From the NCBI GenBank assembly GCA_964036045.1, contig OZ038378.1, positions 178,064,001-178,128,000 of the forward strand: 64,000 nt of DNA. Reading direction: 5' to 3'. Positions 34,783 through 48,472 of this stretch are shown here, piece after piece. The stretch comes from Eutreptiella sp. 'Long Island Sound 2002' (Eukaryota > Protista > Euglenida). Position numbers and translations under genes: made by a program. The notes under the pieces were generated by a model, which saw nothing but the letters and a program-made list of their open reading frames with translations, was not told the DNA's origin and ran no database searches. The stretch's first letter is position 1. Every line of letters begins with the position of its first letter.

Positions 34783-37700
34783 AAGAAGAGATCATGGGTG
34801 TCATCACTGGTTCAGCTGCATTGCGTTGCATTATGAACGTAAAATAGCAGACGGTCACACTCGGTCATGAGCACGCATTGGTGCAAAGCTTCACTGTGCC
34901 TACACCCTCTACCAAGAAAAACACAAACCCCCAGCTCACAGAAAACGTCTACAAACCTCCTGATCCCCCTTTCCAAATCACTGGGGGGGGGGGGGTCGGG
35001 TGGGAGGAGGTGACCGTAACAGAACACAGAGTACCGGTCCTGTGGGGGAAAACCTTACAAGGGTGCTGCAGAATTAGCGTTCTGAACGGTCTCCAGCCTG
35101 TCACAACGACCATTGTTCACTGTGCAGTTGTGCAGACAGGCCAAGCCCAGGGCTGACAGATGAATGGATACCAAGAAGGTGTACACAGCCTGGAAGCAGG
35201 TGGGGGGGTTGGAGGGGGTTCGGGGAGCAATGGGAGAGGGCTCGGTTGATTGTTTAGAAACACATTAGCGTGCGGTGAGGGTGGCACCAGGCAAGGGTGC
35301 GGCGTGAGCGGGGCGGGGGGGGGGGCTGGTGGTCGGGGGCTTGAGCAGGTTAGGGTGCAGCGCACCAGCTGGTTCGGGCAAAGAGGGGAGCCTGGGTCAG
35401 GTTATGGTGCAGCCAGGGGTTAGAAAACGGCTGATAAGGGCGTGACTGGCGGTCTGGCAGGCAGCCACGTGCAAAATTTGTGTACTGATCGCCCCGGGCA
35501 CAAAGCACCTGGGGGATAGACCACCATTGCGTACCCTCCAACAGGGTTGATTAGAAAAGGGGGAGGCTCTGGTGAAAACCCACCTTCAAGCTATTGTGCG
35601 ATGCCCGTGTGTTGACGCCATGACGATACACAGTGTCTTTGTGTTGAAACTGCGCTACAGACCCCTGTAGATGCCGTGTAGCCCCCGAGTTGTCAGTCCA
35701 TACACGACATGGGGCGTGCCCTATGGAGTGAGCTGCACGTGGCGGGCATGGAGCCGTGCGGTGCCCTCTTGGTCGCAACGCTGCCTATGGCGTACAAATC
35801 AAGGCGCAACAGACAATAGGCGTCGATTGCTGAGATCCAAGCAGAGCTTCGGGGAGTGATGAACTTGCAGTGGGACGTGATTGCACCCTCCGGATGCACC
35901 CCTGTGTGCGTCCTGTGAAGCCCCTGCGTGCCCCTGTGTGTGCCCTGCTGTGTGTCACACTGTGTGCCCCCCCATGCATGCCCCTGCCGCCCCCCTTGTG
36001 CCACCACCCCCCATCCCCTGGGTGCCCCCCTGTGCCGCTATGCCCCTGCTCCAACCCCCCCTCCAGGAGAAACACAGGCACCAACAATCCCAATCTATGA
36101 CCCCCTCGGCAGATGCTGTCCCTTGTTGCAATTCAACAGCCCCGTCCTCGTTGAAACCAAGAATGTGGAGGCCTCCACTGCCTCAGATCGATGGCCCATC
36201 GGTCTTGTCTAGTGGCACCAGGCCCACTTGACAACCATGTCTCTGACTGGGCCCACAGAAGGCTGTGGCCTGCAACCAATGCTGGGGAGCCTGAGACACC
36301 CGGTAGGTCCGTGACAGCGGGCGCTGCAGATTGTATGAGGACTTGTGCTTGACACACACCCAGTACATCCCACCACATCCCCTTTGGAACCACCCCAGCA
36401 CAGGTCAACGCACAGCTCCACTGATCGGGGACAGGGTTCGGATCACGACAGGTCAGCGTCCGCATGCGGGTGCACATGGGCTATTGGTGCACACAGCACC
36501 AGTGACGCTGCGGTGGCTGACGCCCTGCTCACGGCGCACCAATATCCGTGGGCATGCAGTCATCCAGATGGTTTTGCAACACAAGGTCTTGTCCTGCATA
36601 TTTCTCCTCGCTCTCCACGACCTTGAGATTCTTGTTGCATTCCTGGAGACACAGGGCGCCGCCAGCAACATCGTGCAACAGACAAAGGCTGGGGTGAGCC
36701 ATCAGGGCATGATGCGACCAGCCCAGTACAAATGTTGCAAAATCCGGCCTTCGATGTATCACGGCAGCTTGCAAACCAACAGGTCATGCCCTCGTTTTGA
36801 ACAATGATTTGGACGCCCGTCTGTGTTGCTTAGATGATGGTGCCACCGCCCCAAACGCGTTGAATGTTGCCTCCCTCAGGTCAGAGCATCAAAAACCCGA
36901 GGCAGAAGCATTCGTAGGGATTACGGCGTCACCCGATTCGCATCACACGGCGCAGCGTGAATGTCCCAAAGCCGCACAGGCCTCGAGGGGTGGGGGGGAA
37001 GGGAGGTCCTCCGCATCCTAGGACTGGCAGAGCCAGCACCCCGTGCCCTGGTCCTGCCCCTGGCTCTAGCCCTGGCTATGGCTTTCGCTTTGGCTGTGGC
37101 CCTGTCCATGGTGCTAGCCCTCACAACGATCTTTTTTTTGGCATCGTAAACGACTTGTACTGCCTTGAGATCATTTGTGGAGATGAATAATGATGAATTA
37201 ACAATACCGGCAAGCCTCCTACTTCACACCAGGCCATTGCTTAGTGATACTGGGGCGGCCTTAAATGGTCATGTTGCAGTGTCCGCATCAGGCTCTGGCC
37301 GCACCTGCCTCATGGTATTCATCGCCTCTGCCCAACATCCCAATGTTCGGCGCTTCCACAGTACGATGTGTGAGCACAAAGTCATCCCTCGATCCCGTGT
37401 ACGCTCTCCTTACTGGTGGCTTGGACTCTGTAGGGTTATGCGTACATTCTGGTCAGAGGTCACTCCCTCGCTGTGCTGCTCATGCTGGCCCCAATTGGCC
37501 ACACAGTTTTGGGCGCTTACAGGACCGTAGGTAGAAAGGGGGCCCAAAAAACCAGTGGGTTCAAGAACTGGTGAAAGTTAGTTACACACAACATACAACG
37601 TTCAGGGAGTGAAGCAGTGTGACCCCTCAGTGCTGCATGACAACGTTGAAGCCATGGAGGGGGAGTCCGGTGTGGATGAGGCCGAGTGGGCCGACTGTGA

Positions 37701-37801
37701 CGAAGCCTCGAAGTCCATGCTGTACCGGGGGGAAGGCGCGGCTTCCCCCTCCCATTGCCACCAGCTCCAACGATGCCAGCAGTTGCAGGGACGCCTAGCC
37801 T

Positions 37802-37832
37802 TAACCCTACCACTGACCCTCAGGTAGGGTTA
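37802..37832. terminator. Putative 3'-terminal hairpin of the Helitron (rolling-circle termination signal, not a transcription terminator)
   Basis: taaccctacc (37802-37811) and ggtagggtta (37823-37832) are perfect reverse complements with an 11-nt loop. CTAG follows 3 nt later on the minus strand. Confidence 0.6.
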
Positions 37833-40006
37833 GGGTTGAAAGTTAGGGCTTGGTCACCGAGCTGGTGGAACCGGTCTTGGTTTTATAACCCTTTTTAGTG
37901 TCTAGGGTGGACCTACCAGGTTTAGTAGCAGCAGCAAGCAAGCAAGTAGCACGCGCGAAATGGGGGGAAATCAGAACTCCGTCGTGGTGCTTTGGATTTG
38001 GTTGAAATTTTGGTGCATGATACCTATGGGTGTGAAGTACAATCACACAAAGTTTGAGCGAGAAACTCGACGGTGGCGACCGGCAACGGGCTTCGCGGAT
38101 AGGGCACCCAGGTTTCAAAATCTGTCAAAAATGACTAGAAAATGCCATTTTTGGGTAGTTACATGTCCTTGTAGGGGGGAATTGGCATGGAAACCAATGT
38201 AGATGTTGAACGAACACCTTTGGTCATTGTCTAGTGGGGTTCACACCCAAGTAGTGGGCCTGATGACCTCTTTTTGGGCCCATTTTTGACACATTTTAGC
38301 CCCTATAAGTTCCCAACCACCCTGCAATTATTTCTTCGCCGCCTGAACTCCGACAACCCTCGCTTAACCCCCCACCCTCGCCGTACCCGAATGTGCATGG
38401 CTTGAGTCCTGTAGCATCTGCCCGCAAAGCCCCTCTTACCTGCTACCGGCCATTGTGGTGGCGGGGGCCATCGCACTCAAGCAAGGCATTAATGAATCAT
38501 CACGTGCCTAACGCATATGAAACGGGATAGCGGTGAAGCGAAAGCCGATTGTACTTTGTTACCTTTGTGTCCTTGGAATGGTTGTGTATTGGTATAACTA
38601 TGTTGCTCATCCTTTTGCACTTGTGGATATCACCTTGTACTAGGTATTTTTTCTTGTTTGAAGTGTAGTGTTTTAGTACAAAAGTGGCTTGTACTACTTG
38701 CTGATACCACGAAACATTTGTGTGAGAATGCAATGGGGGGGGGGGGATGCAAATACGATGACCTCTTTTTTTGCCCATTTTAGCCCTTATAAGTTCCCAA
38801 CGATCCCGTAATGCGTGAAACAAGGAACATGCAACACTTGGCAGGCACACAATAGCCAGATAGAGACATCAATTTTTTGGTACAGGTATGTTGCAAGAAG
38901 TACAATGCATTGTGCATATGCACCGGATTGGATGGATGTTTTTTTGGGTTTATTGTGGATGACAAAAAGTTTTGCTCATAACAAGAGAAAGAGGAACGGG
39001 ATCGCGGTGAAGCGAAAGCCGAGCGCAGGCGTCAACACGAAGCTTGAGGAGTACATTCATTCCGAGTGGAGTACGGGGTTAGGTTGCTCGCTTGAAGGTT
39101 AGGATAAACGTGGTTGTCCAACAACCAATGCAACACAACGAATGCCGTAAGCTAAGGGCGACGTGAAACATTCCACTCAAGATGCACGAACTGAATGGGT
39201 CGACTTTGCGTCCTTTTGCTGCAGCACCAACCTTTTGTAATGATATGGCGAAATGGCACAAAGCGAAATTCAAAATACGGTCAAAAAGGTATTGGCCACG
39301 CAGGACATTGCTTGATTGCGGTGAAATGGACAGGCACATTGGAGGTAATTGATGGGATCGCGATGAAGCGAAAGCCATTTGCCAACACAAAAAGAGGGGA
39401 GGGGAATTGGAACTCATGTGGCGGAAACTAATGGGATCGCGGTGAAGCAAAAGCCATTTGCCAAACAAAAAGAGGGGAGGGGACAATGCAATGCACAAGG
39501 CGACACAAGACAAAAAGTGATGTAAATACGGCCCACGGTGATGAGTGTGTATTGAGTGCAATGATAGAATCAATGAGGATAACGAGTATGATGGTGATGA
39601 AGAAAGATGACTACCAACATGTGATACGAAAGAAAGGAATACAGGTTGCCTTAATGCAACCGGTGGCAGACAAGGAAGTAAAGTTCAATGATAGTAACAA
39701 CAAATGCATAGCAAAGGAGGTAGGTTAGTAGCATTGATAGTGTCACAAACATCATTGGGAATCGATGGGATCGCGGTGAAGCGAAAACCAACACTACCTT
39801 GTGACATACAAAGAAATGAACGATGGGCTAGCAACCAAGGAGCGAAAGAAGCAGAAACCACTTATGTGGTTATAATGTACAACAAAAAAGAGTGCATGAC
39901 GAGGCAATAAAAAAAAAGGTTGGTAATAAACAGGATCACAATGAAGCGAAAGCCATATACTCAGCTGCACGGTACGATAAGGCTAGGAAGAGGCATTCTT
40001 CTTCAT

Positions 40007-43000
40007 TCATGGCAAGTTGAATTCCGCCTTTACAATCTTCCAAGCATTCAGTAGTAACTGAAATTGCGAGTTTGCCTCTTCATAAGAATCTCCCAATTTA
40101 TTCGTATCTGGGTGAACGCGCATACTACAAGCCATGTACCGAGAACGAGCATTTGCTTTACCAGTGGCACCCAACAAGTCCAAAGCCAATTGTACGTTGT
40201 GGTTGGACAACTTGTCTTCGGTGGAAGCAACAAGGGAGGATGGAAGGTCCGTGATGCATTGTGCTTTTGTTGGAGTCTGGGCGATACTAGGCTCCCGGGG
40301 CGAGGACTTCTTCGTAGATGATTGTGCACGTTTGTTGATTCTACGCTCCTTGGCTTGTGAAGAACTCGATGAACCAGAAGACTCGTGTGATGTATGAGTG
40401 GATGATGACGATGGAGGTGTAGGGTCTCGACCACGATTGCGAGCCCGACTTGAACGACGGTTGTATTCTTGTTTTTCCACAGCTTTTGCACGAACCGGGG
40501 TTTTGGTGATTGCATCTTCTACTGCACGACTCTTTTCTCCTTTGCTACCACCTCTCACGGGCTCTACTTCTTTGCGTCGTTTGGAAGGCGACTTGTCGAA
40601 CGCAATGTCGGAGCCCTCATCATTGAGTGTTAGCCTTGGGTTGCTCTTATGTGAAGGTGGCGCAGGTGCCTTGGACTTTGGACTCAGGGGTTTGTGCACA
40701 TGTTGTTTCCCCTTCTTTTCCAAACGAGCACGCCCCTCATCATCTAGCATCTCTCTTGCAATGTCTGTAGCTGCATCGACGCCGCCTTCACGTTGTTGCT
40801 CAGCACACATCACGTTTTCGATAACCAAGGTTTCAAGCAACAACGTGTGAAGTTGTGTCGTGGTTGAGCCATCAGGGGTGCGTGAATCATCGGGGACACT
40901 ACGATGCTTGCACTTCAGCAGATGCATTCGCAAGTAACCTTGGGCGGTAAAGGAGCGGCCACAACCTTGTGGGCAAGGAAATGACTTCGAGGCCTCGTCA
41001 TCCTTTTTCTTGGGGGGTGGCTTGATAGGGTGGTTGTAATCAATGCCATGCTGCGCATAGAGGTGAACCAAGTGAGCATGTGCCCTATCATAGCCATTCA
41101 AATACGGCATATATTTGACCACCATGACTTTTGGAACCAAACACAACAACCGATGCCTCCAACCATCACCCGATGACCCTTCTTGAAGCCGCAACACGCG
41201 GATATTCTTCCCCTCATGTACTCGGGAAATGCCGACGTATAGGGCATTGTACGTAAGAGCCGGTCGACACTTATGGTCCACACAGAGGATAATTTTCTCC
41301 ATTGATCGGCATTGAATTCCGTGGTACGTACATCCAAAAGTGAGTCGGAAAGGATGAGCAGAAGTCATGATGGCTGCCTTCCCCTTCTTGTTGCGAACAC
41401 TAATGTAGCGATGAACGTCGATCTTGCGTGCCATTGGCATCAAAGGAATAAGAACGGTATGCGCATTGCTCCCCTCCATACGATCAGCGGTCGTGGTGCT
41501 GCGTGGCACTGCAGCAGTCACACAGAATGGTGGTTGCTCGAGGTACATGACTTGGCCCGGTGTTGCATCACGAATCTCATCAGCACGATAGGAGGGCTCG
41601 TTCGGACTTAGAAGGAGGGAATGCAACTTAGCTTGAGTACCATTTGACAGCCCCTTCTCGGGACGCAAATTTGCCGTCAACGAGCAAGGTGCCCCCTGGG
41701 CAAAGAACACGGTCATGTCCTTGACAGCACCATACAAAAACTCGGACGGTTCACCAAAGCGTCGTTCATACTTTTGGTATTGGTAAGCGCCAAGCCACCA
41801 CCGGAACAACCGTGCGCTTTGCATATTGTTGCACCATAACCTAGTTGACAGCATGCACCGTTTTCTGATCTGTACTCACAATTTTTGCTTCCTCCCAACC
41901 CTCGTCCTTGTCCGCGAAGTCCCTCCGGGTGACCTCGTTCAACCGCGAAAAAAACTTCTTTCGAACATCCATACTCTTGGGTGTCCACCGGCGAAAGGCC
42001 GTGACAGCCCGAGCATGTTCCTGGTCGGTTGCGCGGTGCTGCTTGGTAAGGCACACTTCGCGAAACAACCCAAAAAGCTCACGCCCCTCCTGATCCACAA
42101 GGTCTTGTCCTCCTTGTTGACACTTGACACCCCCATACAAAGGAAGCTGTGCCACGGGTTCAAGTTGAACAAAATCACCCATGAGCAAGATGCACAATCC
42201 TCCAAATGGTGCTTCATAACACTGGGTGACCTCGCGCAAACGTGAATCAATCTCCCTCAACATTCCACAGCCGACCATTGAAACCTCGTCCACCACTAGC
42301 ACCTGACATCCAAGAAAAAAACGACACAAGCGATCCAACGTTGCTCGTTTATTCTCCACATTGGCACGCACTTCGTCGGCATCTTATACTTTGAGACCCA
42401 TGCCATGGTGACAAGGGGAACCATTGTTCAGATTGCTCGCAGCAATACCGGACGGAGCCACGTACTTCACAACATTGTTTCCGTATTGTCCGCACATTCG
42501 CTTTAAAATTTCACGAGCCATCCAACTTTTCCCGGTTCCTCCACTAGCTTGCACAAACAGCAGGGGTGCCACCGGTCTGCAAGACGGGTCTAAGCGTGCA
42601 TCCAAATGGACGTAATCAATGATGGTTTGCATGTAGGATTGCTTCTTGTGATGGGTCACCTTTGTCAATTGTGGGACTTGATGCGGCAGGCACAAAGGAA
42701 GAGGAATCCCCAAGAGCTTCATCCTCACGCTTGATAGCATCGGCAATGCGTTGCGCATGTGCATAAATGTCATCACCGCTCTCGTATTGTCCATGGTCAT
42801 TAAGGTCATGCACGAAGCTGATATCATAGGATGGCGCACTGCTGGTTTCGGGATGGTGCGGAAGAAACCCTCGAAGAGATGCACAAATGCCATCGAACTC
42901 TTTTGCATTGTCTTCCTGTTTTTCCTCTGCCTGTGCACGATTTATGGCATCCTGAATATCCTCAACCGCTTTGACAAAGCGCGTATTTTGGACGTCCTTT

Positions 43001-46000
43001 TTGAGGTCGTTCACCTCTTGCATCTCCTTCTCAAAATCAAAATGCACATCCAAAGCATGGCGGACTCCCCAAAGCTTGCCATTTCGCTTCCGCACTTGAT
43101 CGAAAATAGTTTTTTGGAGACGTTCACATTGACCATGACGAATAATCCTCGGCTGCGCTCCAAATAGCTAGCATGCTCGCTTTGACAATGGGTAGCTCAT
43201 TCAACATATGCACTCCACATCAATGGGCAGCTCATTCAACATATGCACTCCACGTCAGCTTTGGAGGGCATTCTATATCCCAGGGAACAAAAGCGCACAT
43301 CACAAATGTAGCCCAATTCTTCTTGAGCTTCACATTTCCATCGTCACCATGATAGACGGGTAGTTTCTTTCCAGCAAAGATTGGGCACCGTGATTGAGAT
43401 ACCAAGTATTGCACATAATCATCCTCGCACAAAATGTGACGCGGATGAAAATCGAAGCTTGCATTTTCCGGACGACCATCGTCACCTCCTTGTGATGGTG
43501 TGGCTCGTGCACGTTGGTGTTCCACCTTAATTAAACAAGTGTATTCCAACGCACACAACAACGTAGGCGTGTTCCACGACAAGCATAATGCAACGCCGGC
43601 GATACAGCAATCTGTTGTATGGTGTCACCACTGCCAATCGTGTAGAGTTGGGAGTGACAAGGTGCTTCAAGATCCCGTTGCATGGCGCTCATGGTCAACT
43701 CATTAAGCTCACCAGAAACAAACGATGCTTCTTGGGCTTCAAACTCGGCAACGTCGGACGCAATTGACCCTGCCTCAGATTCACCATCTTCTTCATCATT
43801 GTCTAATAGCTCTTCCGCCAAGCTATCGTCATGAAGCTCATTGGTATTGGCTTCATTGTTGGCAACGACATTTGATTCGTTACTATCGGTGCCATCCTCC
43901 TCGTACTCGTCATCACTGCACATAGTGGGATCATCTGGGACAAGGCCTTCGACGTGGGAGAACATAGTTGGCAATGCAGCAATGAGCCCCCAAGGATGGA
44001 ATACGGTAAACTTGTGAGAACAATGCCAAGATGGGTAACCCAAGAGAGATATGGCCGCCATCTGTACACTGAACTCCACTTTCTTGTCCAAGGAATTGAT
44101 AATGCGCTTGAGGAGGAAGGTTGTTTCGTGCTTCGTGTTGCTTGCACCTCTTTCCATTTCCTTGACTTCCCGAGATACCTGCCGAATAATACTCATTACG
44201 TTTGCCACTTGCACCGGATTCTTGCCTGAATACCTCAATGGTGTAACGATTTCCGGTTCCTTTGCGCGCAACGAATAAGTATGGCCGTGTCTCACTGTAG
44301 TACTCCCCCACCGCACGTGGCAGTGCAAATCGACACCCACATTTTCCTCCGGGAGGCTTGCCGCAACTGGAGATCAAACATCGATGAATGTACAAATTGC
44401 CAAATACTTCATCGCTAAATAGCTCTATAATTTTGGCTGCCGCCCGCGGGTCATCGGGTAACTCTCCAAGTAGCTGTTGCTTCTCCAGCATGTGTGGTGC
44501 TTTCACTCCTTCTCTGGTGCGGTGTTCCCATGCATCATGCAATTCAGCATCCAATGAAGCACAAATCTGCTGGTCCAATACCACGGCCACGGCACGAATT
44601 AGATCACCGTTCCCCCGCACCATATCCAAGAGCCAAGGTGGTTTTCCACCCCAAAACAGCCCGTGAAAATGCAAACTTCCACGACCTTGACACTCGTAGC
44701 AAGTGCAACACGCAACACAAGTACCAATAGGCCTTTCCTGCGCGCACAAACAGGGCGATCCTTCCGCGTTACACTTGCCGAAGGTAATCCAAGAAGTACT
44801 TCCAAAAATGCGCGCACTTGGCGTTCAAATATGCGTGCCGCAGCCACCAGATTCTTTGCCAAAGATGCGAAACGCTGCGACACACCGGGTAGTGGCACCT
44901 GTGCACTAGAGCCTCCAATGGACAAATAAAGGACCAACTGATTATCAATGTCATTGTGAGCCACGGTGTAAAACAACGTTGCCATTCCAAAGAACAACAA
45001 TAGGCTGTTCATCTTGCCCATCACTGCATATCGCTCGGAGGTACTAAAGGGCACGGCAGCATGACAACTTCTCAATAACGGCAAGAATTGCCCAACAAGC
45101 CGTTTTGCCGTAGCTCCGCGTGGATTAGCATGCACCTCTGCCAAATCCTTATGTCCGACTATTCATTGCCTTCTCAAAGGCTTTGAGTTTTTCCGGATTG
45201 GAATACACGGAGTCCGACACGGTGCGTAGCGCAGTGTGCCGAAACTTTTGATTGAATAGTACAAGGCAAAAATCACGATTTTCTGCAATGCGGTTGTCAT
45301 GCTGTAGCAGCAAATGACAAGTATCATCCACACCAAGGCCATAGCAGCGCGTTATGCCAACCCCAAACATGAAGAGTGTTGGGAATGACAAATGAAGCAA
45401 GCGATCATTCGCTGTGAACTCATTCACCGCGCGTGCCTCTCGGCCTACAACGGTGTTTCGCTTATCAGCCAACAGCTCCTTGATGGACTGCAAAACTTGG
45501 GTGTAGTCATCTCCATCGCGGCCCACCAAGCTTCCATCTGAGGACATCACGGCATCCAAAACTGCAGCTTCCTGAGTACGCTCGGGATTGGCGATGTCAG
45601 CACCCGACATCCGTTCGCTAGCCACCACGTCCGGGTGCTCGCCAACGGATATGGAATCGAACAAATTGTTCATGTACTCGGAAACCTCTACGGGCTCGGT
45701 CTCATCAATAACAATGTTTGCATACAACGGGTTTACCGCCTTCAACAGGCGTAACCACTGCACCAAGGCGTCCCAACGCGGTTGAAAGACCCGTTCAACT
45801 TGCTGCCTTGTCTTGGGGTTGCGACGAACAGCATCCAACTCCGTTTGCTTTCCCACAAATATGACCTTCGTACCCGTCAACGCCTTGACATCAGGTAATC
45901 GAGATGCAAGAACCTCGGGTCCCTCATGTGGAATGGATATGGTGTGTCCTCGAATACCCCATAGTGAAGCCGCACCACTAGTGGTGGACACAAGCTTCAC

Positions 46001-48472
46001 GGTATTCACGGTGGTTCGAACTCGAGCGACCATGCGTTCCTCCATGTCCGTCAATGCAAGTAGATCACCCAAGCGCCCAAAATGCTTGCCTGCCGCAATG
46101 GAATGAGGAGGCATGCATGGCCGCTTCTTCATGCTAAAAAGCTGTCTATGACAACTTACGCAAATGAGCACAACTTCTTCGTCCACCAACTCTGGAATGA
46201 GCCAGAACAGTTGGCCACCATGTTCATGTACACAAAAGTACTTGCGAAATTGCGCCGTTGTGTTCCGATACCGAGTGGCATCATGCGCGCTCAGCTCCAA
46301 CAGCTTCAAATCCTCCAAAGAAACTTCTTTGACTTGATGAAAGTCATGTATACCACAACAACCACAACTTTTTAAATCTTCACAACGCCCAACCTTTGCA
46401 AACCATTCTCGTGCTAGCGACACCATTTCCTCGGGTGTCACCTTTTCATTCTCAATCTCTTTCACAAGTTTTGCCACTAACTCTGCATCACCAAGCTCGT
46501 CCTCCTCAAATGGTGGAAAACGATCATGGCCACCTTGCTCCCAGAAGCTTCGAACCGTGGATGATAAGGACGTTCCAACCAAGTTGCCCTTGAACTCGTC
46601 AGCGCAGGGTTTTTGTTTGCTGCACAACAACGCATCCTCCTCATCATCCAAATGATACGCTCCACCCTCACGCTCCTTGTGGTTCATCCACGGATACGTA
46701 ACGGCCGTGGAAGCGGTACCTACAATCTTCTGTCTTGCATAATTCAGCGCACGTGACGAACGGCCTGTTTCTCCTGCACGCTGCTTGCCCTCCTTGCTTC
46801 CTGCCTCTCCGGCACGCCGCTTGTCCTCCTTGCTTCCTGTCTCTCCTGCACGCCGCTTGTCTTCCTTGCTTCCGGTCTCTCCTGCACGCCGCTTGTCTTC
46901 CTTGCTTCCTGTCTCTCCTGCACACCGCTTGTCTTCCTTGCTTCCGGTCTCTCCTGCACGCCGCTTGTCTTCCTTGCTACCTCCTTTGCCCCCAGTCTCT
47001 CCTGCACGCCGCGTGTCTTCCTTGCTAGCTCCTTTGCCCCCAATCTCTCCAGCACGCTGCTTGTCTTCCTTGCTACCTCCGTTGCCTCCAGTCTCTACTG
47101 CACGCCGCTTGTCCTCTTTGCTACCTCCTTTGCCCCCAATCTCTCCTGCACGCTGCTTGTCTTCCTTGCTTCCTCCTTTGCCTCCAGTCTCTCCTGCACG
47201 CCGCTAGTACTCTTTGCTACCTCCTTTGCCACCAATCTCTCCTGCACGCTGCTTGTCTTCCTTGCTTCCTGCATCTCCTGCACGCTGCTTGTCTTCCTTG
47301 CTACCTCCTTTGCCCCCAGTCTCTCCTGCACGCCGCTTGTCCTCTTTGCTACCTCCTTTGCCCTCAATCTCTCCAGCACGCCGCTTGTCTTCCTTCCTTC
47401 CAGTCACTCCTGCACGACGCTTGTTTTCCGTGCACCTTGCTACGGTAAGGTCAATGGATGCGGGTTCACCGCATTGACTTTCATGTTGATGCCGCGCAAG
47501 ACTACGTTCATCCTTGTACGAACGCCCACAAGAGCTACACGTGAAGTCTTTGTTCTGTGACCCACACGAACGTGCCTCAGGACCACGCTCACAAAAATGA
47601 CGATACTCCCGGTCAAACGCATGCCCACAACCCGCACACTGCCAACACATTGCCACACCCGTAGAACGAATTTTGTCAGCATTGTTCACCACATCCCCGT
47701 CACTTACAAAGCCAAGCCATTCACATTTATACTTTTGCGCAGCCACCAAACACTCAGCCTTTCCAATCTTGCTTGGCCTTCCTTTGCCGGAGCCATTCCC
47801 ATTCAAAGCATGCATAGTATGGTTCAAAGAAGAAGCCACAACAGCCGCCCACCCCACCATGGTAGCCGCCAAAGCAACCGCAAGAATGATCAGTAAAAGC
47901 CCAGACATCAAGACAGCCCTCCACCGATGGCGCCGCGTTAATGCTCTGCTCCTTGTTCTCCGTCTACACCGCCAATGCGCAAGCCGTACATGATGGGGAA
48001 GGCGCTTTTGCGAATGGCAATGCCCACATCCACAGAAGAAGAAAATGCCATCGCTTTGCAACCATTCCCTTGTTGTTCCTAGCACAAGGCAACGGAAGGA
48101 GCTTCTACGAGAAGGCTTTCTCCGCCATCGATGCGCACCACAACCACACGCCGGAGTGCAAACAGGGCGACGCCCCCCATAAATATGAACTTTGGCATAA
48201 CCCTGGGCACTTAAAACATCCACTGGCCGAAGAAGGACGACATCTACAACCAGCAGAAGCCAAAGAAGACCTCGTAAGTGACGAAACACCACATCGGCAC
48301 TGTAAATCATATGGTAAATGATAACGAGACCGCGGTGAAGCAGAAGCCGTTGACAAAGCAATAACAAAATCCTCTGAACAAGAACATGCATGCAATGCAA
48401 ATGTGACACACAACAGACACAAGCCACACAAAACACACAGCAACTACCTTGCAATATTTTGTCACGCGACAA
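40007..48472 (-). pseudogene. RepHel polyprotein pseudogene: zinc fingers - charged repeats - DUF6570-like - HUH Rep - PIF1 helicase - zinc finger - J-domain
   Basis: CGCC..CVSC..IAAG..LTDMEERMVAR..GHTI; WLRLLKAVNPLY; SFPTLF; ECQGRGSLHFHG (HUH); HRC..SC..CRF; GGTGKS, APSGIAA, DEVSM, PFGG, GDFVQLEPV, YVGISRV; HPD. In-frame stops at 47204 and 42384; frameshifts near 45155, 44724, 44235, 43565, 43230, 42640 and 41845. Confidence 0.92.
46755..47415 (-). repeat. In-frame coding minisatellite of 36- and 48-bp units, KEDKRRAGETG(GKGG)S
   Basis: Units are multiples of 3 and keep ORFs 47204-48472 and 45149-46687 in one frame. Confidence 0.9.

Noticed and set aside
37250-37380. WAEAMNTMRQVRPEPDA on the minus strand as a PPR repeat
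   Set aside because: Single short resemblance flanked by stops, with no splice support.
37820-37850. TTAGGG units (also ~24845-24900 and ~49240-49285) as a telomere
   Set aside because: Only 2-3 degenerate internal units; better explained as part of element ends.
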